Shown in pieces: positions 50,109 to 59,676 of a stretch of 64,000 bases of DNA. The number at the start of each line of letters is the position of its first letter. Positions within the stretch are counted from its first letter, which is position 1. Location: positions 34,921 to 98,920 of the forward strand of contig JAWKSL010000001.1 in the NCBI GenBank assembly GCA_041389085.1. Direction: 5' to 3'. The notes beneath the pieces are model-generated. The model was not told the origin of the DNA. It saw nothing but the letters and a program-made list of their open reading frames with translations, and ran no database searches. Both the position numbers and the translations under genes were made by a program. The DNA comes from Minisyncoccota bacterium (GTDB lineage Bacteria; Patescibacteriota; Minisyncoccia; UBA6257; 1-14-0-10-44-23).

Positions 50109-50732
50109 CTACTTTATTTCTTCTACCGCTGATTTTTCGATAATAACGTTTTTGTGGTTGAGCACATCAACAAGGCTGATTGACTGGGTTGGGCTTGTTG
50201 AAACTCCCTTTATGTTTTTCGCTGCGCGTGCAACTGCTTTGTTTTCCTTTGCAGCGATTATAAGGGTGCTTGGCATCTTTTTTTCGTCTTTATAAAACTC
50301 CTTCAGTGAAGCTGAGAATACTTTTGTCTTTGAATCCTTCACATCAAGACCGTCTACAAACATAAGCTCACCATCTGCAAGCTTCTTTGAAAGTGCAGTA
50401 AAGAGGGCAGCCTTTTTCATCTTCTTGTTTATCTTCTTTGAGTAGTCGCGGTCGTTGCGTGGCCCGTGAGTTACACCTCCTCCAACCCAAATAGGGCTGC
50501 GGGTAGATCCGTGACGTGCGCGCCCGGTTCCCTTCTGGCGCCATGGCTTCTTTCCTCCTCCGCTTACTTCACCGCGGTTCTTTGTGTGTGCCCATGGGCG
50601 GCGAGTGTTTGCGAGCATTGAAGTAAACACTTGATGAACAAGGTCGTTGTTCCACTTTCGTGCAAAGATCGCATCGTTTAGCTCGATGCTTCCTTTCTCT
50701 TCTCGTTTAAGGTTTAGTACGCTCGCTTTCAT
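50109..50732 (-). CDS. rplD: 50S ribosomal protein L4
   Basis: TKNRGEVSGGGKKPWRQKGTGRARHGS. Confidence 0.98.
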   Translation of the reverse strand: MKASVLNLKREEKGSIELNDAIFARKWNNDLVHQVFTSMLANTRRPWAHTKNRGEVSGGGKKPWRQKGTGRARHGSTRSPIWVGGGVTHGPRNDRDYSKKINKKMKKAALFTALSKKLADGELMFVDGLDVKDSKTKVFSASLKEFYKDEKKMPSTLIIAAKENKAVARAAKNIKGVSTSPTQSISLVDVLNHKNVIIEKSAVEEIK

Positions 50733-50752
50733 ATTAAAAAAGATATTAGATT

Positions 50753-51346
50753 TTAGACGTTAGATTTTTGATCTGCTTCTTCAACCTTCTCGTCTTTTTT
50801 CTCTTTTGTTTTTTCTGCTTCGCTTGGTTGTGCTGGTGATTGTTCTGTCTCAGCGCCTTCTGGATTTTCTTCACCTACCTCTTGAGTCTGAACACTTACC
50901 TCTATCTCAGATGGTCCTTCAAGGTCGGCAAAAAGCTCAACTTCGCGCCCTACTATTCCTGGTGCGCTTCCGTGAAGCATTACAATCTTGTTTTCTGCGT
51001 CTATTTCAGCAATTTTAATACCCTTGTAAGTAATGGTTTCCATACCGTAGCGTCCTCCCATTTTTCGTCCTGGGACTACGCGAGCCATTTGCTTGCTTCC
51101 GATAGAACCTGGTGCGCGGTGGTAGTGCTTCTGACCGTGAGTCTTTGGCCCTCCGCGGAAGTTCCAACGCTTAATAACGCTCGCAAATCCGTGTCCTTTA
51201 GACTTTCCGGTTACTTTGAGCGGCATTCCAGCCTCTACACCTTCAAGGTTTGCTTTTTCTGAAAGCTTAATAGGGGTGACACCAAGGGCGCTCCCATCCT
51301 TAAAGATTTGAGTCATTTTTAGCTTTTTTCCAGTAAGTTTTCGCAT
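50753..51346 (-). CDS. rplC: 50S ribosomal protein L3 (internally shortened, acidic tail)
   Basis: GKK..MTQIF, GKSKGHGF..IKRWNF, HRAPGSIG, V.PGRKM.G. Confidence 0.92.
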   Translation of the reverse strand: MRKLTGKKLKMTQIFKDGSALGVTPIKLSEKANLEGVEAGMPLKVTGKSKGHGFASVIKRWNFRGGPKTHGQKHYHRAPGSIGSKQMARVVPGRKMGGRYGMETITYKGIKIAEIDAENKIVMLHGSAPGIVGREVELFADLEGPSEIEVSVQTQEVGEENPEGAETEQSPAQPSEAEKTKEKKDEKVEEADQKSNV

Positions 51347-51474
51347 CTTTCGATGAATATCTCAGCTATCTATTCAGCTGTGATTTTATCTCGGGTATTA
51401 GAGCCACCGAGCTTGGGCTTGAACAAAAATAGCTATCCAGAGGACTGGATACCTATTCCAATTCCGTAGCGAGT

Positions 51475-51502
51475 ATTATACACACCCTCAAAAATAATGC
51501 AA
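51475..51502 (-). promoter_or_regulatory. Promoter of the rplC-secY operon
   Basis: TTGCAT-16-TATAAT, about 120 nt upstream of rplC. Confidence 0.7.
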
Positions 51503-51512
51503 GCCCCCTACT

Positions 51513-51736
51513 GACTTTAACGGCCATGCCCGCGGCAGGTAAACTCACACTGAACGCCAAGGAAGTACCGAATCTCGAAACTTTAACGGCTCACAAACGC
51601 CAAGGAAGTACCGAATCTCGAAACTTTAACGGCTCACACGTACGTGTGAGCCGTTAAAGTTGGCTAGGCATCCCCAGTCTTGGCTGTCTTTCGCCCCTTC
51701 GGGGCTCAAGACGAAGACTGTGAAGCCGTTAAAGTC
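51513..51736. repeat. Composite palindromic element (copy 3) between rpsJ and rplC
   Basis: 12-bp outer inverted repeats at 51513-51524 and 51725-51736; 43-bp tandem duplication at 51553-51595 and 51596-51638; 40-bp palindrome at 51622-51661. Confidence 0.92.
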
Positions 51737-51751
51737 CCCTGCCGAGGCACC

Positions 51752-51777
51752 AAAAAGCCGCCCTTTCGGGCGGCTTT
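51752..51777 (-). terminator. Terminator after rpsJ
   Basis: aaagccgccc-tttc-gggcggcttt. Confidence 0.8.
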
Positions 51778-51803
51778 GTATGCTTCTTAGCCTGGCAGAG
51801 GCT

Positions 51804-52154
51804 TTAGAGCATTTTGATTTCTACGTCTACACCAGCTGGGAGGTTTAGGTTCGAGAGCGCTTCGATTATCTCAGGTTTTGGGTTGAGAATGTCGATAAGG
51901 CGCTTGTGAATTCTAAGCTCAAACTGTTCACGGCTGTCTTTGTGAACAAAGGTTGAGCGGTTCACTGTGTACTTGTGAAACTGAGTTGGAAGCGGAATAG
52001 GACCGCGAATTTCAACGTCGTGTTTCTTTGCAGTGTCTACGATGAGCTTAGCGCTGTTGTCGATAAGCTTGGTGTCGTAGGCTTTTATCTTTAGTCGGAT
52101 TTTTGCTCCTTCCTCTTTTTTTGCTGGCATATGTTTTGGAGTGGTATTTTTCAT
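51804..52154 (-). CDS. rpsJ: 30S ribosomal protein S10
   Basis: [24 protein letters not shown]; start may be Met 52130. Confidence 0.97.
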   Translation of the reverse strand: MKNTTPKHMPAKKEEGAKIRLKIKAYDTKLIDNSAKLIVDTAKKHDVEIRGPIPLPTQFHKYTVNRSTFVHKDSREQFELRIHKRLIDILNPKPEIIEALSNLNLPAGVDVEIKML

Positions 52155-52191
52155 CGCGCCAGTTGGCGGACGCCTATACCGTTATCTGGTG

Positions 52192-53388
52192 TTACTTAGT
52201 AATCTTTGTAACAACTCCTGCTCCGACTGTTTTACCACCTTCACGAATCGCGAAGCGCTGTTGCTCTTCAAGAGCTACTGGGTTGATGAGCTTCACGTTT
52301 AGCTTGATGGTGTCTCCTGGCATAACCATTTCAGTTCCCTCTGGGAGGATAACTTCTCCGGTGATGTCAGTAGTTCTGATGTAGAACTGTGGCTTGTATC
52401 CTTTAAAGAATGGGGTGTGACGTCCACCTTCGTCCTTTGAAAGAACGTAGATTTCACACTCAAATTCTGTGTGTGGCTTTACAGATCCTGGTACAGCAAG
52501 TACCTGTCCGCGCTCGATGTCTTCTTTCTTAAGACCACGAAGGAGAAGTCCTACGTTGTCTCCTGCCTCTCCGCTGTCGAGAAGTTTGTTGAACATCTCA
52601 ACTCCGGTAACAGTTGTCTTTTGGGTGTCGCGGATTCCAACGATTTCGATTTCTTCGTTTACCTTTACGGTTCCACGCTCAATACGTCCGGTAACAACAG
52701 TTCCACGTCCTTCGATTGAGAAGATGTCTTCTACTGGCATAAGGAATGGCTTGTCGGTTTCACGAACTGGGTCTGGAACGAAGTTGTCGAGGGCTTCGAT
52801 AAGGTCAACAACTGGCTTGGTAGCTGGATCATCTAGGCTCGTAGCTTCAAGTGCTTTAAGACCTGATCCGCGGATAACTGGAGTGTCGTCTCCTGGGTAT
52901 TCGTACTTGGTAAGAAGTTCACGAACCTCAGCTTCAACGAGGTCTACGAGTTCTGCGTCGTCTACCTGGTCGATCTTGTTGAGGAATACCACGATTGAAG
53001 GAACTCCAACCTGGCGTGCAAGAAGTATGTGCTCTCGGGTTTGAGGCATAGGACCGTCGGTAGCACTGATAACGAGGATTGCTCCGTCCATCTGTGCAGC
53101 TCCGGTGATCATGTTCTTGATGTAGTCAGCGTGTCCTGGCGCATCGATGTGTGCGTAGTGACGCTTTTCTGACTGATACTCTTGGTGAGAAAGTGCGATG
53201 GTAATTCCACGCTCCTTTTCTTCTGGTGCGTTGTCGATTGCATCAACTGCTTTCTCTTCTGCAAATCCCTTCATGTGAAGGACGTGCATGATAGCCGCGG
53301 TAAGGGTGGTCTTTCCGTGGTCAACGTGACCGATGGTACCAACGTTTACGTGTGGCTTTGTGCGTTCAAATTTTGCTTTTTCTGCCAT
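52192..53388 (-). CDS. tuf: Elongation factor Tu
   Basis: [31 protein letters not shown]. Confidence 0.99.
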   Translation of the reverse strand: MAEKAKFERTKPHVNVGTIGHVDHGKTTLTAAIMHVLHMKGFAEEKAVDAIDNAPEEKERGITIALSHQEYQSEKRHYAHIDAPGHADYIKNMITGAAQMDGAILVISATDGPMPQTREHILLARQVGVPSIVVFLNKIDQVDDAELVDLVEAEVRELLTKYEYPGDDTPVIRGSGLKALEATSLDDPATKPVVDLIEALDNFVPDPVRETDKPFLMPVEDIFSIEGRGTVVTGRIERGTVKVNEEIEIVGIRDTQKTTVTGVEMFNKLLDSGEAGDNVGLLLRGLKKEDIERGQVLAVPGSVKPHTEFECEIYVLSKDEGGRHTPFFKGYKPQFYIRTTDITGEVILPEGTEMVMPGDTIKLNVKLINPVALEEQQRFAIREGGKTVGAGVVTKITK

Positions 53389-53444
53389 ATTTTTTTAATT
53401 AATTTACTTTATTTTTAATCTGCGAACAATTTTAAAGTCTTGTT

Positions 53445-53472
53445 ATTCTATATAACTTGACTGCTTTGTCAA
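53445..53472 (-). promoter_or_regulatory. Internal tuf promoter
   Basis: TTGACA-16-TAGAAT between fusA and tuf. Confidence 0.65.
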
Positions 53473-53482
53473 TAAACCTTTT

Positions 53483-55603
53483 CTACTTTTTCCTTCCTGC
53501 AATGATCTCTTCCGCCACGTTTCGTGGGGCTTCTTCGTAGGCATGGAATTCCATGCTGAAGTTTCCTCGACCTTGCGTCATCGATCTGAGCTTTGTCGCA
53601 TATCCGAACATTTCAGATAGTGGGACAAAAGAATCGATAACTTTTACTAGAGGTCTGTCTTCCATTCCGTCAATTCTTCCTCTTCGTGAATTGATGTCTC
53701 CGGTTACGTCTCCCATGAATTGCTCAGGAACGATGATCTGCACTTTCATAACTGGCTCAAGAATTACTGGGTTTGCGATCTGAGCTGCTTCTCTGAAGGC
53801 CATCGATGCTGCAAGTTTGAAGGCTGCTTCGGAACTGTCCACATCGTGGTAGCTTCCATCGTAAAGTGTTGTCTTTACATCTACTACTTGGTATCCAGCG
53901 TTGATACCGCGAGTCATTGCTTCTTTTATACCTTTCTCTACCGCTGGAATGTATTCCTGAGGAATGTTTCCTCCCTTAACTTCGTTTACAAACTCGAAGC
54001 CACTTCCTGGTTCGAGAGGTTCGATACGGATCTTAACGTGTCCGTATTGTCCGCGACCTCCAGACTGCTTCGCATACTTGTGGTCTGCCTGTGATTCTTT
54101 TCGGATTGTTTCTCGGTATGAAACTTGTGGGCGGCCAACGTTTGCTTGAACGTTGAACTCTCTCTTGAGGCGGTCAACGATAATTTCAAGGTGAAGCTCT
54201 CCCATTCCTGCGATAAGGGTTTCTCCTGTTTCTGGGTCTGACACAACTTTGAATGTTGGGTCTTCTTCTGCGAGCTTCTTAAGCGCGATACCCATTTTTT
54301 CTTGGTCACCCTTTGAATTTGGTTCAATGCGGATAGAGATAACTGGCTCTGGCACGTCGATACCTGCAAGAAGGATTGGCTTTTCTTCTTCGCAGAGAGT
54401 GTCTCCGGTGGTGGTGTCTTTCATTCCCACGAGCGCACCGATTCCTCCTGCGTACATTTCTTCTACTTCTTCACGGTCGTTTGCGTGCATACGGAGAATG
54501 CGTCCTACGCGCTCCTTCTCACCCTTACTTGAGTTATATACGTAGCTTCCGCGCTTGAGCGTTCCAGAATACACACGGAAAAATGTAAGTGCTCCTACGA
54601 ATGGGTCGTTTGCAACCTTAAACGCAAGTGCTGAAAATGGAGCCTCGTCGCTTGCTTCACGGCTCTCTTCTTGGTTGGTGTCTGGGTTTACTCCCTTTAC
54701 GGCTTCAATATCGGTTGGAGCTGGAAGGTAGTCGATAACAGCGTCGAGAAGAATTTGCACTCCTTTGTTCTTAAGTGCAGTACCGGTAAATACAGGGATG
54801 ATTTCGTTTTTAAGAGTACCTTTTCGAAGTGCTGCTTTGAGCTCGTCGAGTGAAAGCTCTTGGCCTTCAAGGTACTTGTTCATCAAGTTCTCGTCTTGCT
54901 CTACGATCTTTTCGATAAGAGTCTGACGGTCCTTTTCTGCACGCTCTTTAAGATCTGCTGGGATTTCTCCTACGGTTACCTGCTCTCCCTTGTCTCCCTC
55001 CCAGATACGAGCCTTCATGGTAAGAAGGTCTACTACTCCTTTGAAATCTGACTCAGCACCAATTGGCACCTGCATAGCAACTGCGTTTGGGTTTAGTCTG
55101 TCTTTGATTGACTGCAAGCTCTTGTCGAAGCTTGCTCCGGTTCGGTCGAGCTTGTTGATAAAGCAGATGCGAGGAACTTTGTACTCGTCTGCGTAGCGCC
55201 AGTTTGTTTCACTCTGTGGTTCTACTCCGCTTACTCCGTCGAATACTGCAACTCCTCCGTCAAGAATACGGAGTGAGCGCTTTACCTCAACGGTGAAGTC
55301 GATGTGTCCTGGGGTGTCGATGATGTTGATGCGGTAGGTGTGGTCTTTGCGGTTTGCAAGCTCTGCTTCTGTTTTGTAGGTTGGAACCCAAAAACACGTA
55401 GTAGCTGCTGAGGTGATAGTAATTCCACGCTCACGCTCCTGCTCCATCCAGTCCATCTGAGTGTCTCCCTCGTGCACCTCACCGATCTTGTGGCTTACTC
55501 CGGTATAAAAAAGAATACGCTCGGTTACGGTTGTTTTACCTGCGTCGATGTGGGCAAAGATTCCTATGTTTCTTGTTCGGTCGAGTGGATATTCGCGTGG
55601 CAT
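53483..55603 (-). CDS. fusA: Elongation factor G
   Basis: [31 protein letters not shown]. Confidence 0.99.
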   Translation of the reverse strand: MPREYPLDRTRNIGIFAHIDAGKTTVTERILFYTGVSHKIGEVHEGDTQMDWMEQERERGITITSAATTCFWVPTYKTEAELANRKDHTYRINIIDTPGHIDFTVEVKRSLRILDGGVAVFDGVSGVEPQSETNWRYADEYKVPRICFINKLDRTGASFDKSLQSIKDRLNPNAVAMQVPIGAESDFKGVVDLLTMKARIWEGDKGEQVTVGEIPADLKERAEKDRQTLIEKIVEQDENLMNKYLEGQELSLDELKAALRKGTLKNEIIPVFTGTALKNKGVQILLDAVIDYLPAPTDIEAVKGVNPDTNQEESREASDEAPFSALAFKVANDPFVGALTFFRVYSGTLKRGSYVYNSSKGEKERVGRILRMHANDREEVEEMYAGGIGALVGMKDTTTGDTLCEEEKPILLAGIDVPEPVISIRIEPNSKGDQEKMGIALKKLAEEDPTFKVVSDPETGETLIAGMGELHLEIIVDRLKREFNVQANVGRPQVSYRETIRKESQADHKYAKQSGGRGQYGHVKIRIEPLEPGSGFEFVNEVKGGNIPQEYIPAVEKGIKEAMTRGINAGYQVVDVKTTLYDGSYHDVDSSEAAFKLAASMAFREAAQIANPVILEPVMKVQIIVPEQFMGDVTGDINSRRGRIDGMEDRPLVKVIDSFVPLSEMFGYATKLRSMTQGRGNFSMEFHAYEEAPRNVAEEIIAGRKK

Positions 55604-55665
55604 TTTTTTATGTTCTGATATTTATGTGAATTAACAAAAACAATAGGTGAGTACCATTTGAGGAA

Positions 55666-56136
55666 TTATCGGCGCGCGAAGTGTGCAAACGCGCGGTTTG
55701 CTTCTGCCATTTTGTGCACGTCTTCTTTTTTCTTAATTGCAGCTCCTTCTCCCTCTGCTGCTTCCATTATTTCTTTTGCAAGAAATTCTGCGGTTGATTT
55801 TCCGGTTCCGCCTTGTGCTGCAGCAACGATCCAGCGAACAGCAAGCATAAACTTTCGCTCTGGGCGAACTTCGATTGGCACTTGGTAGTTTGCACCTCCT
55901 ACGCGGCGGCGAGAAATTTCGAGTGTTGGCATTACCTTATCAAGAGCAAGGTGAAACACTTCAAGAGGCTTCTTCTTGGTTTTCTTTTCGATTATGTCGA
56001 AGGCATCGTATACAACTTTTTCTGCCTTTCCTTTCTTTCCTTCGCGCATAATAACGTTAATGAAGCGGGTTACCGCTACGTCGTTGTACTTCACGTCTGG
56101 AAGAAATTCTCTTTTGTAGTTTCGCTTTCGTCGCAT
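55666..56136 (-). CDS. rpsG: 30S ribosomal protein S7
   Basis: RRVGGANYQVP, HKMAEANRAFAH. Confidence 0.98.
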   Translation of the reverse strand: MRRKRNYKREFLPDVKYNDVAVTRFINVIMREGKKGKAEKVVYDAFDIIEKKTKKKPLEVFHLALDKVMPTLEISRRRVGGANYQVPIEVRPERKFMLAVRWIVAAAQGGTGKSTAEFLAKEIMEAAEGEGAAIKKKEDVHKMAEANRAFAHFARR

Positions 56137-56148
56137 TGCTCTTTAGTT

Positions 56149-56571
56149 TTATTCTGCTTTTTTCTTTGGTTTCTTAGCTCCGTACTTTGATCGGCGTTGT
56201 CCACGTCCCTCAACTCCTCCTGCGTCAAGAACTCCACGTACGATGTGGTAGCGAACACCTGGAAGGTCTTTTACACGTCCTCCACGGATCATTACTACTG
56301 AGTGCTCCTGCAAGTTGTGTCCCATTCCTGGGATGTAAGCGGTAACTTCCATTCCGTTGGTAAGACGAACACGTGCAACTTTTCGGATAGCTGAGTTTGG
56401 TTTCTTTGGAGTGGTGGTAAACACCTTGGTGCATACTCCGCGCTTAAATGGCGCGTCAGTCGCAACTGGGCGGTTTTTTATGAAATTAAAAGTTCGTCGC
56501 ATTGCTGGCGACTTAGATTTTACTTCCGGTGTTTTGCGCTTCTTTTTGAGAAGCTGGTTTACTGTTGGCAT
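56149..56571 (-). CDS. rpsL: 30S ribosomal protein S12
   Basis: [19 protein letters not shown]. Confidence 0.99.
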   Translation of the reverse strand: MPTVNQLLKKKRKTPEVKSKSPAMRRTFNFIKNRPVATDAPFKRGVCTKVFTTTPKKPNSAIRKVARVRLTNGMEVTAYIPGMGHNLQEHSVVMIRGGRVKDLPGVRYHIVRGVLDAGGVEGRGQRRSKYGAKKPKKKAE

Positions 56572-56647
56572 TTCTTAAAAGATACTCCGCTAAAATTTAG
56601 CGGCAAATTAACATAAAACAAATCCGCAATCGCGGACTAGTAAAGGA

Positions 56648-56676
56648 ATACTATTCGATCACTCTTTATTTGTCAA
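56648..56676 (-). promoter_or_regulatory. str operon promoter
   Basis: TTGACA-17-TAGTAT. Confidence 0.7.
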
Positions 56677-56764
56677 CCCGGTGGAACAACTTTGTAGGTA
56701 TAAAAACTCCCCTTCGATTAGAGCTACTAGGGTCAGCTCAAAGTAGTGCCACCGGGTCAATGCT

Positions 56765-57403
56765 TTAGAAGAGCGTTGCGAGTGCCTGCCCGACTAATAA
56801 CTTGTGGGTACCTAAAACGAGCGGCTCTAAGAAGGGAATATTGGCGAAGAATACGAGAAAAATAAGGATGTAAAAACCGTACTGGTTAAGAAATCGCTGA
56901 ATACCTCCGCCAAGGCGTGCTGGGAAGAAGTAAAAGAGGATTTTTGAGCCGTCGAGCGGGGGAATCGGAATAAGGTTGAAGAAGCCTAGAATAAGGTTGA
57001 TTATCACTATTATATTGAAGAGTACGAGCACCATTCCGCCTCCGACCATGAGTAGGTCGAAAAATGCCATAGCTCGTATCAACACGGCAAAGATTATCGC
57101 AAGGATAAAGTTACTTCCTGGACCGGCCGCTGCTATGAGCGCTGCTCCCCTTTTTGGATTTTTCAAATTATACGGGTTATATGGAACTGGCTTTGCATAC
57201 CCAAAAACAGGCAAACCAGATATGGCAAGTAAAAGAGGCAAAATTACTGAACCAAACGGATCGAGATGTTTTGCCGGGTTTAGACTTAGCCTGCCCTGTA
57301 TTTGAGCTGTCTTGTCCCCTAGCCTGAGAGCGGCAAGCCCGTGGCTCACTTCGTGGATGATTGCCGAGAAGAGAAGGACTATGATTTGAAAAACTATCAG
57401 CAT
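56765..57403 (-). CDS. Site-2 protease (peptidase M50)
   Basis: HEVSH, AGPGSN, NLIPIPPLDG. Confidence 0.94.
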   Translation of the reverse strand: MLIVFQIIVLLFSAIIHEVSHGLAALRLGDKTAQIQGRLSLNPAKHLDPFGSVILPLLLAISGLPVFGYAKPVPYNPYNLKNPKRGAALIAAAGPGSNFILAIIFAVLIRAMAFFDLLMVGGGMVLVLFNIIVIINLILGFFNLIPIPPLDGSKILFYFFPARLGGGIQRFLNQYGFYILIFLVFFANIPFLEPLVLGTHKLLVGQALATLF

Positions 57404-57405
57404 GT

Positions 57406-57984
57406 TTAAAATTCTACGTTTTCAATTGCTTCTTTACCCTGGTTGTACGGGTGCTTTATTTCTTTCATTTCGGTAACCAAGTCTGCCTTGTCGATAAACT
57501 CCTGAGGAGCTCCTCTGCCAGTAAGTACAAGAATTTTTTGCTCCGGAAAGTTATGTACTACTTCCTGTAGTACTTCTTCAACTTCAATGAGGTCGAGACT
57601 AACTGCTACGTTTACCTCGTCGAGAATTATAAAATCCCAGTAGCCTGAGTCTATTTCTTTTTTAGCAAGAGAAAGCGCGTCGCGCGCTGCATTCTTATGG
57701 TCTTCAAGTGGAAGCTTGTCGCCTAAGATGCCGACAAAGCCAAGCCCCTTCTTTATGAGCTTAAATTCTCCGCCGCCCGATCTTTGATTGGGCGAGCCTT
57801 CGCTTTTTTTAAAGGCAGGGCTATTTGCTGCTGTTTGTAAGTCTATAAAGTCTTCGCCGCTCTTCCATGGGCCTTTTATAAACTGAATCATTAAAACTTT
57901 CTGTCCACGCCCCACAGCGCGAAGCGCAGCTCCAAGAGCTGCTGTAGTCTTTCCTTTCCCATTTCCCGTGTTTACTACAATCAT
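57406..57984 (-). CDS. cobO: Cob(I)yrinic acid a,c-diamide adenosyltransferase (CobO/BtuR family)
   Basis: TGNGKGKTTAALG, QFIKG, ILDEVN, LTGR, ADLVTEM..IKHPY. Confidence 0.9.
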   Translation of the reverse strand: MIVVNTGNGKGKTTAALGAALRAVGRGQKVLMIQFIKGPWKSGEDFIDLQTAANSPAFKKSEGSPNQRSGGGEFKLIKKGLGFVGILGDKLPLEDHKNAARDALSLAKKEIDSGYWDFIILDEVNVAVSLDLIEVEEVLQEVVHNFPEQKILVLTGRGAPQEFIDKADLVTEMKEIKHPYNQGKEAIENVEF

Positions 57985-58013
57985 TTGTCTCTATTATAGC
58001 AAAACAAAAAAAC

Positions 58014-58092
58014 TTGACAGTTTCTTTGTTTTTATATATTTTATTTCTAATTCCGATCGCAAATTGGTGCGCGGAGTTAAAACGAAAGGAGG
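58014..58092 (+). promoter_or_regulatory. Promoter, 5' hairpin and SD of peptide cassette 1
   Basis: TTGACA at 58014, AT-rich -10 region, hairpin 58049-58078, AAAGGAGG at 58085-58092. Confidence 0.7.
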
Positions 58093-58096
58093 CTAT

Positions 58097-58261
58097 ATGC
58101 CTCGAGACAAGAGTGGCAACGCCGATCGTCGATCCAAGGATCGTGACAAGAGGCGCACCCCCAAGGGCCCTCAGACCCACAAGAGTGGCGGGCGTCAGCG
58201 CAACGTCGGGCACCCCCGTGGCGAGGAACACTCGCGCATTGCCAAGGGTAACCGCGGCTAG
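58097..58261 (+). CDS. 54-aa basic, hydrophilic peptide
   Basis: MPRDKSGNADRRSKDRDKRRTPKGPQTHKSGGRQRNVGHPRGEEHSRIAKGNRG; strong SD; GC-rich codons (all 6 Lys = AAG). Confidence 0.75.
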   Translation: MPRDKSGNADRRSKDRDKRRTPKGPQTHKSGGRQRNVGHPRGEEHSRIAKGNRG

Positions 58262-58271
58262 CCCTCTCACG

Positions 58272-58309
58272 GCCTGCTATGGTTTAAAACTATGGCAGGC
58301 TAATTTTTT
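58272..58309 (+). terminator. Hairpin/terminator between peptide 1 and M16 peptidase
   Basis: gcctgctatggttt-a-aaactatggcaggc followed by taatttttt. Confidence 0.7.
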
Positions 58310-58342
58310 ACCAAATAAAGCTATACTTAAAAAGTATATAAT

Positions 58343-59587
58343 ATGAACTCTTGGCCCACCCTTATTTATCTTCCATCAGACAATCCCTTTGTTACCATGA
58401 AGGTCTATTTTCGTACTGGTCCACGCTATGAAAGCCTAAGACATCGTGGATTGTCTCATATTATTGAACATATTGTTTCTGATCTATTCGAGAAAAAGCT
58501 TTCAAGAGCTACTCGCCTACCAGCCTGGATTCGCCCCTTCTCTCTAGACACCTTTTCTGCCAGCACTCATTTTGAGTTTTGCTCTTATGAAATTTCGATT
58601 GATCAAAAAAACTTTTGGAAGTCAGCCAGCTCTCTTATATCTTCCTTCGCCCCACGGAAGATCACCAACTCATTTCTCTCCAAGCAAAAGAAAATTGTTG
58701 CTTCTGAGGCGCATGAGAGTATGCAGGCGAATGGTTTTGCGCTTGCTGCACAGAAAGCACATTTCCAAGGAAGTTCTTTGGAAAGGAGATTTATCTCTAA
58801 CCAAGATTATTTAAAAGATATTACCGCTAATAATGTATTTGATTACTGGCATCAAACATATCAAGCACGGCACTGCACTGTTATGATATCTGGGAACCTC
58901 ACACGCAATACTCTTCTCAGACTCAAGAAACTACTCGTCAAATCCCTACCCTCTCAACTCGAGATGAGCTTGCCTGATGACTTCTCTATAGACCTTAAGA
59001 GAAATATCCTTCATCTTTCGCAAGATTCTCTTCCTGGCACCTCTATCGAGGCTTCTTTTCTGCGCCCTGCAACAAAACCCTACGACATTCTATTGGCACA
59101 ATTTTCTATGTACCTCCTTGTTGAATATTTGGAGTACCAGCTCCGCGAAAAGCTGGGTATATTGTATTCCGTTAAAACAGATGTTATATCGGGAAGTGAC
59201 TTTGTTTACAATTCTTTCGCCCTTGATTCACCAAGCTCCCCGCTGGAAACCATACAAAAGCTTCATAAGTCCTTAAAATCTTTCCCGAGGATAATTACAA
59301 AAGACGTTTTTTCCAAAGCCCTTCAAAATCATAATCTTGCGCTAAGTAGGCAGGCGGGCGACCATAATTCTTTTTTACGTATGCTTGAGTCTTTTATCCC
59401 GCTATCTTCAAGCTCAATCCCCTCAGATAAATCTGAATATTTGAAGATTGCCCGCTCCCTGAAATTTGTTGACTTTCAAATCTTTGCTAAGTCTCTTTCG
59501 CAACACCTTAATCTTTCTGTTGCGGGAAAGATATCGAAAGCGTCTGCTGAGACCCTCTCGCGGCAACTTGGACTTGATATTATCTAA
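58343..59587 (+). CDS. M16-family (insulinase-like) metallopeptidase, divergent
   Basis: G.RYE...RGLSHIIEH (HxxEH), ISGN, LREKLGILYSV; 414 aa. Confidence 0.82.
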   Translation: MNSWPTLIYLPSDNPFVTMKVYFRTGPRYESLRHRGLSHIIEHIVSDLFEKKLSRATRLPAWIRPFSLDTFSASTHFEFCSYEISIDQKNFWKSASSLISSFAPRKITNSFLSKQKKIVASEAHESMQANGFALAAQKAHFQGSSLERRFISNQDYLKDITANNVFDYWHQTYQARHCTVMISGNLTRNTLLRLKKLLVKSLPSQLEMSLPDDFSIDLKRNILHLSQDSLPGTSIEASFLRPATKPYDILLAQFSMYLLVEYLEYQLREKLGILYSVKTDVISGSDFVYNSFALDSPSSPLETIQKLHKSLKSFPRIITKDVFSKALQNHNLALSRQAGDHNSFLRMLESFIPLSSSSIPSDKSEYLKIARSLKFVDFQIFAKSLSQHLNLSVAGKISKASAETLSRQLGLDII

Positions 59588-59616
59588 AGTAATTTTACTA
59601 TACTCTAAAAAGTGCG

Positions 59617-59651
59617 AAGCCCTGCCGAGTGATTGCTCACTGGCAGGGCTT
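59617..59651 (-). terminator. 3' hairpin of GC-rich lipoprotein cassette
   Basis: Minus strand aagccctgcc-agtga-gcaa-tcact-c-ggcagggctt, then a T run. Confidence 0.7.
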
Positions 59652-59676
59652 GCTGTGATCGGAAAGTAGCGTGGGG

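Noticed and set aside
51553-51661. 43-bp tandem repeat as a CRISPR array
   Set aside because: Only two directly adjacent copies, no unique spacers and no cas genes; it is part of the palindromic element.
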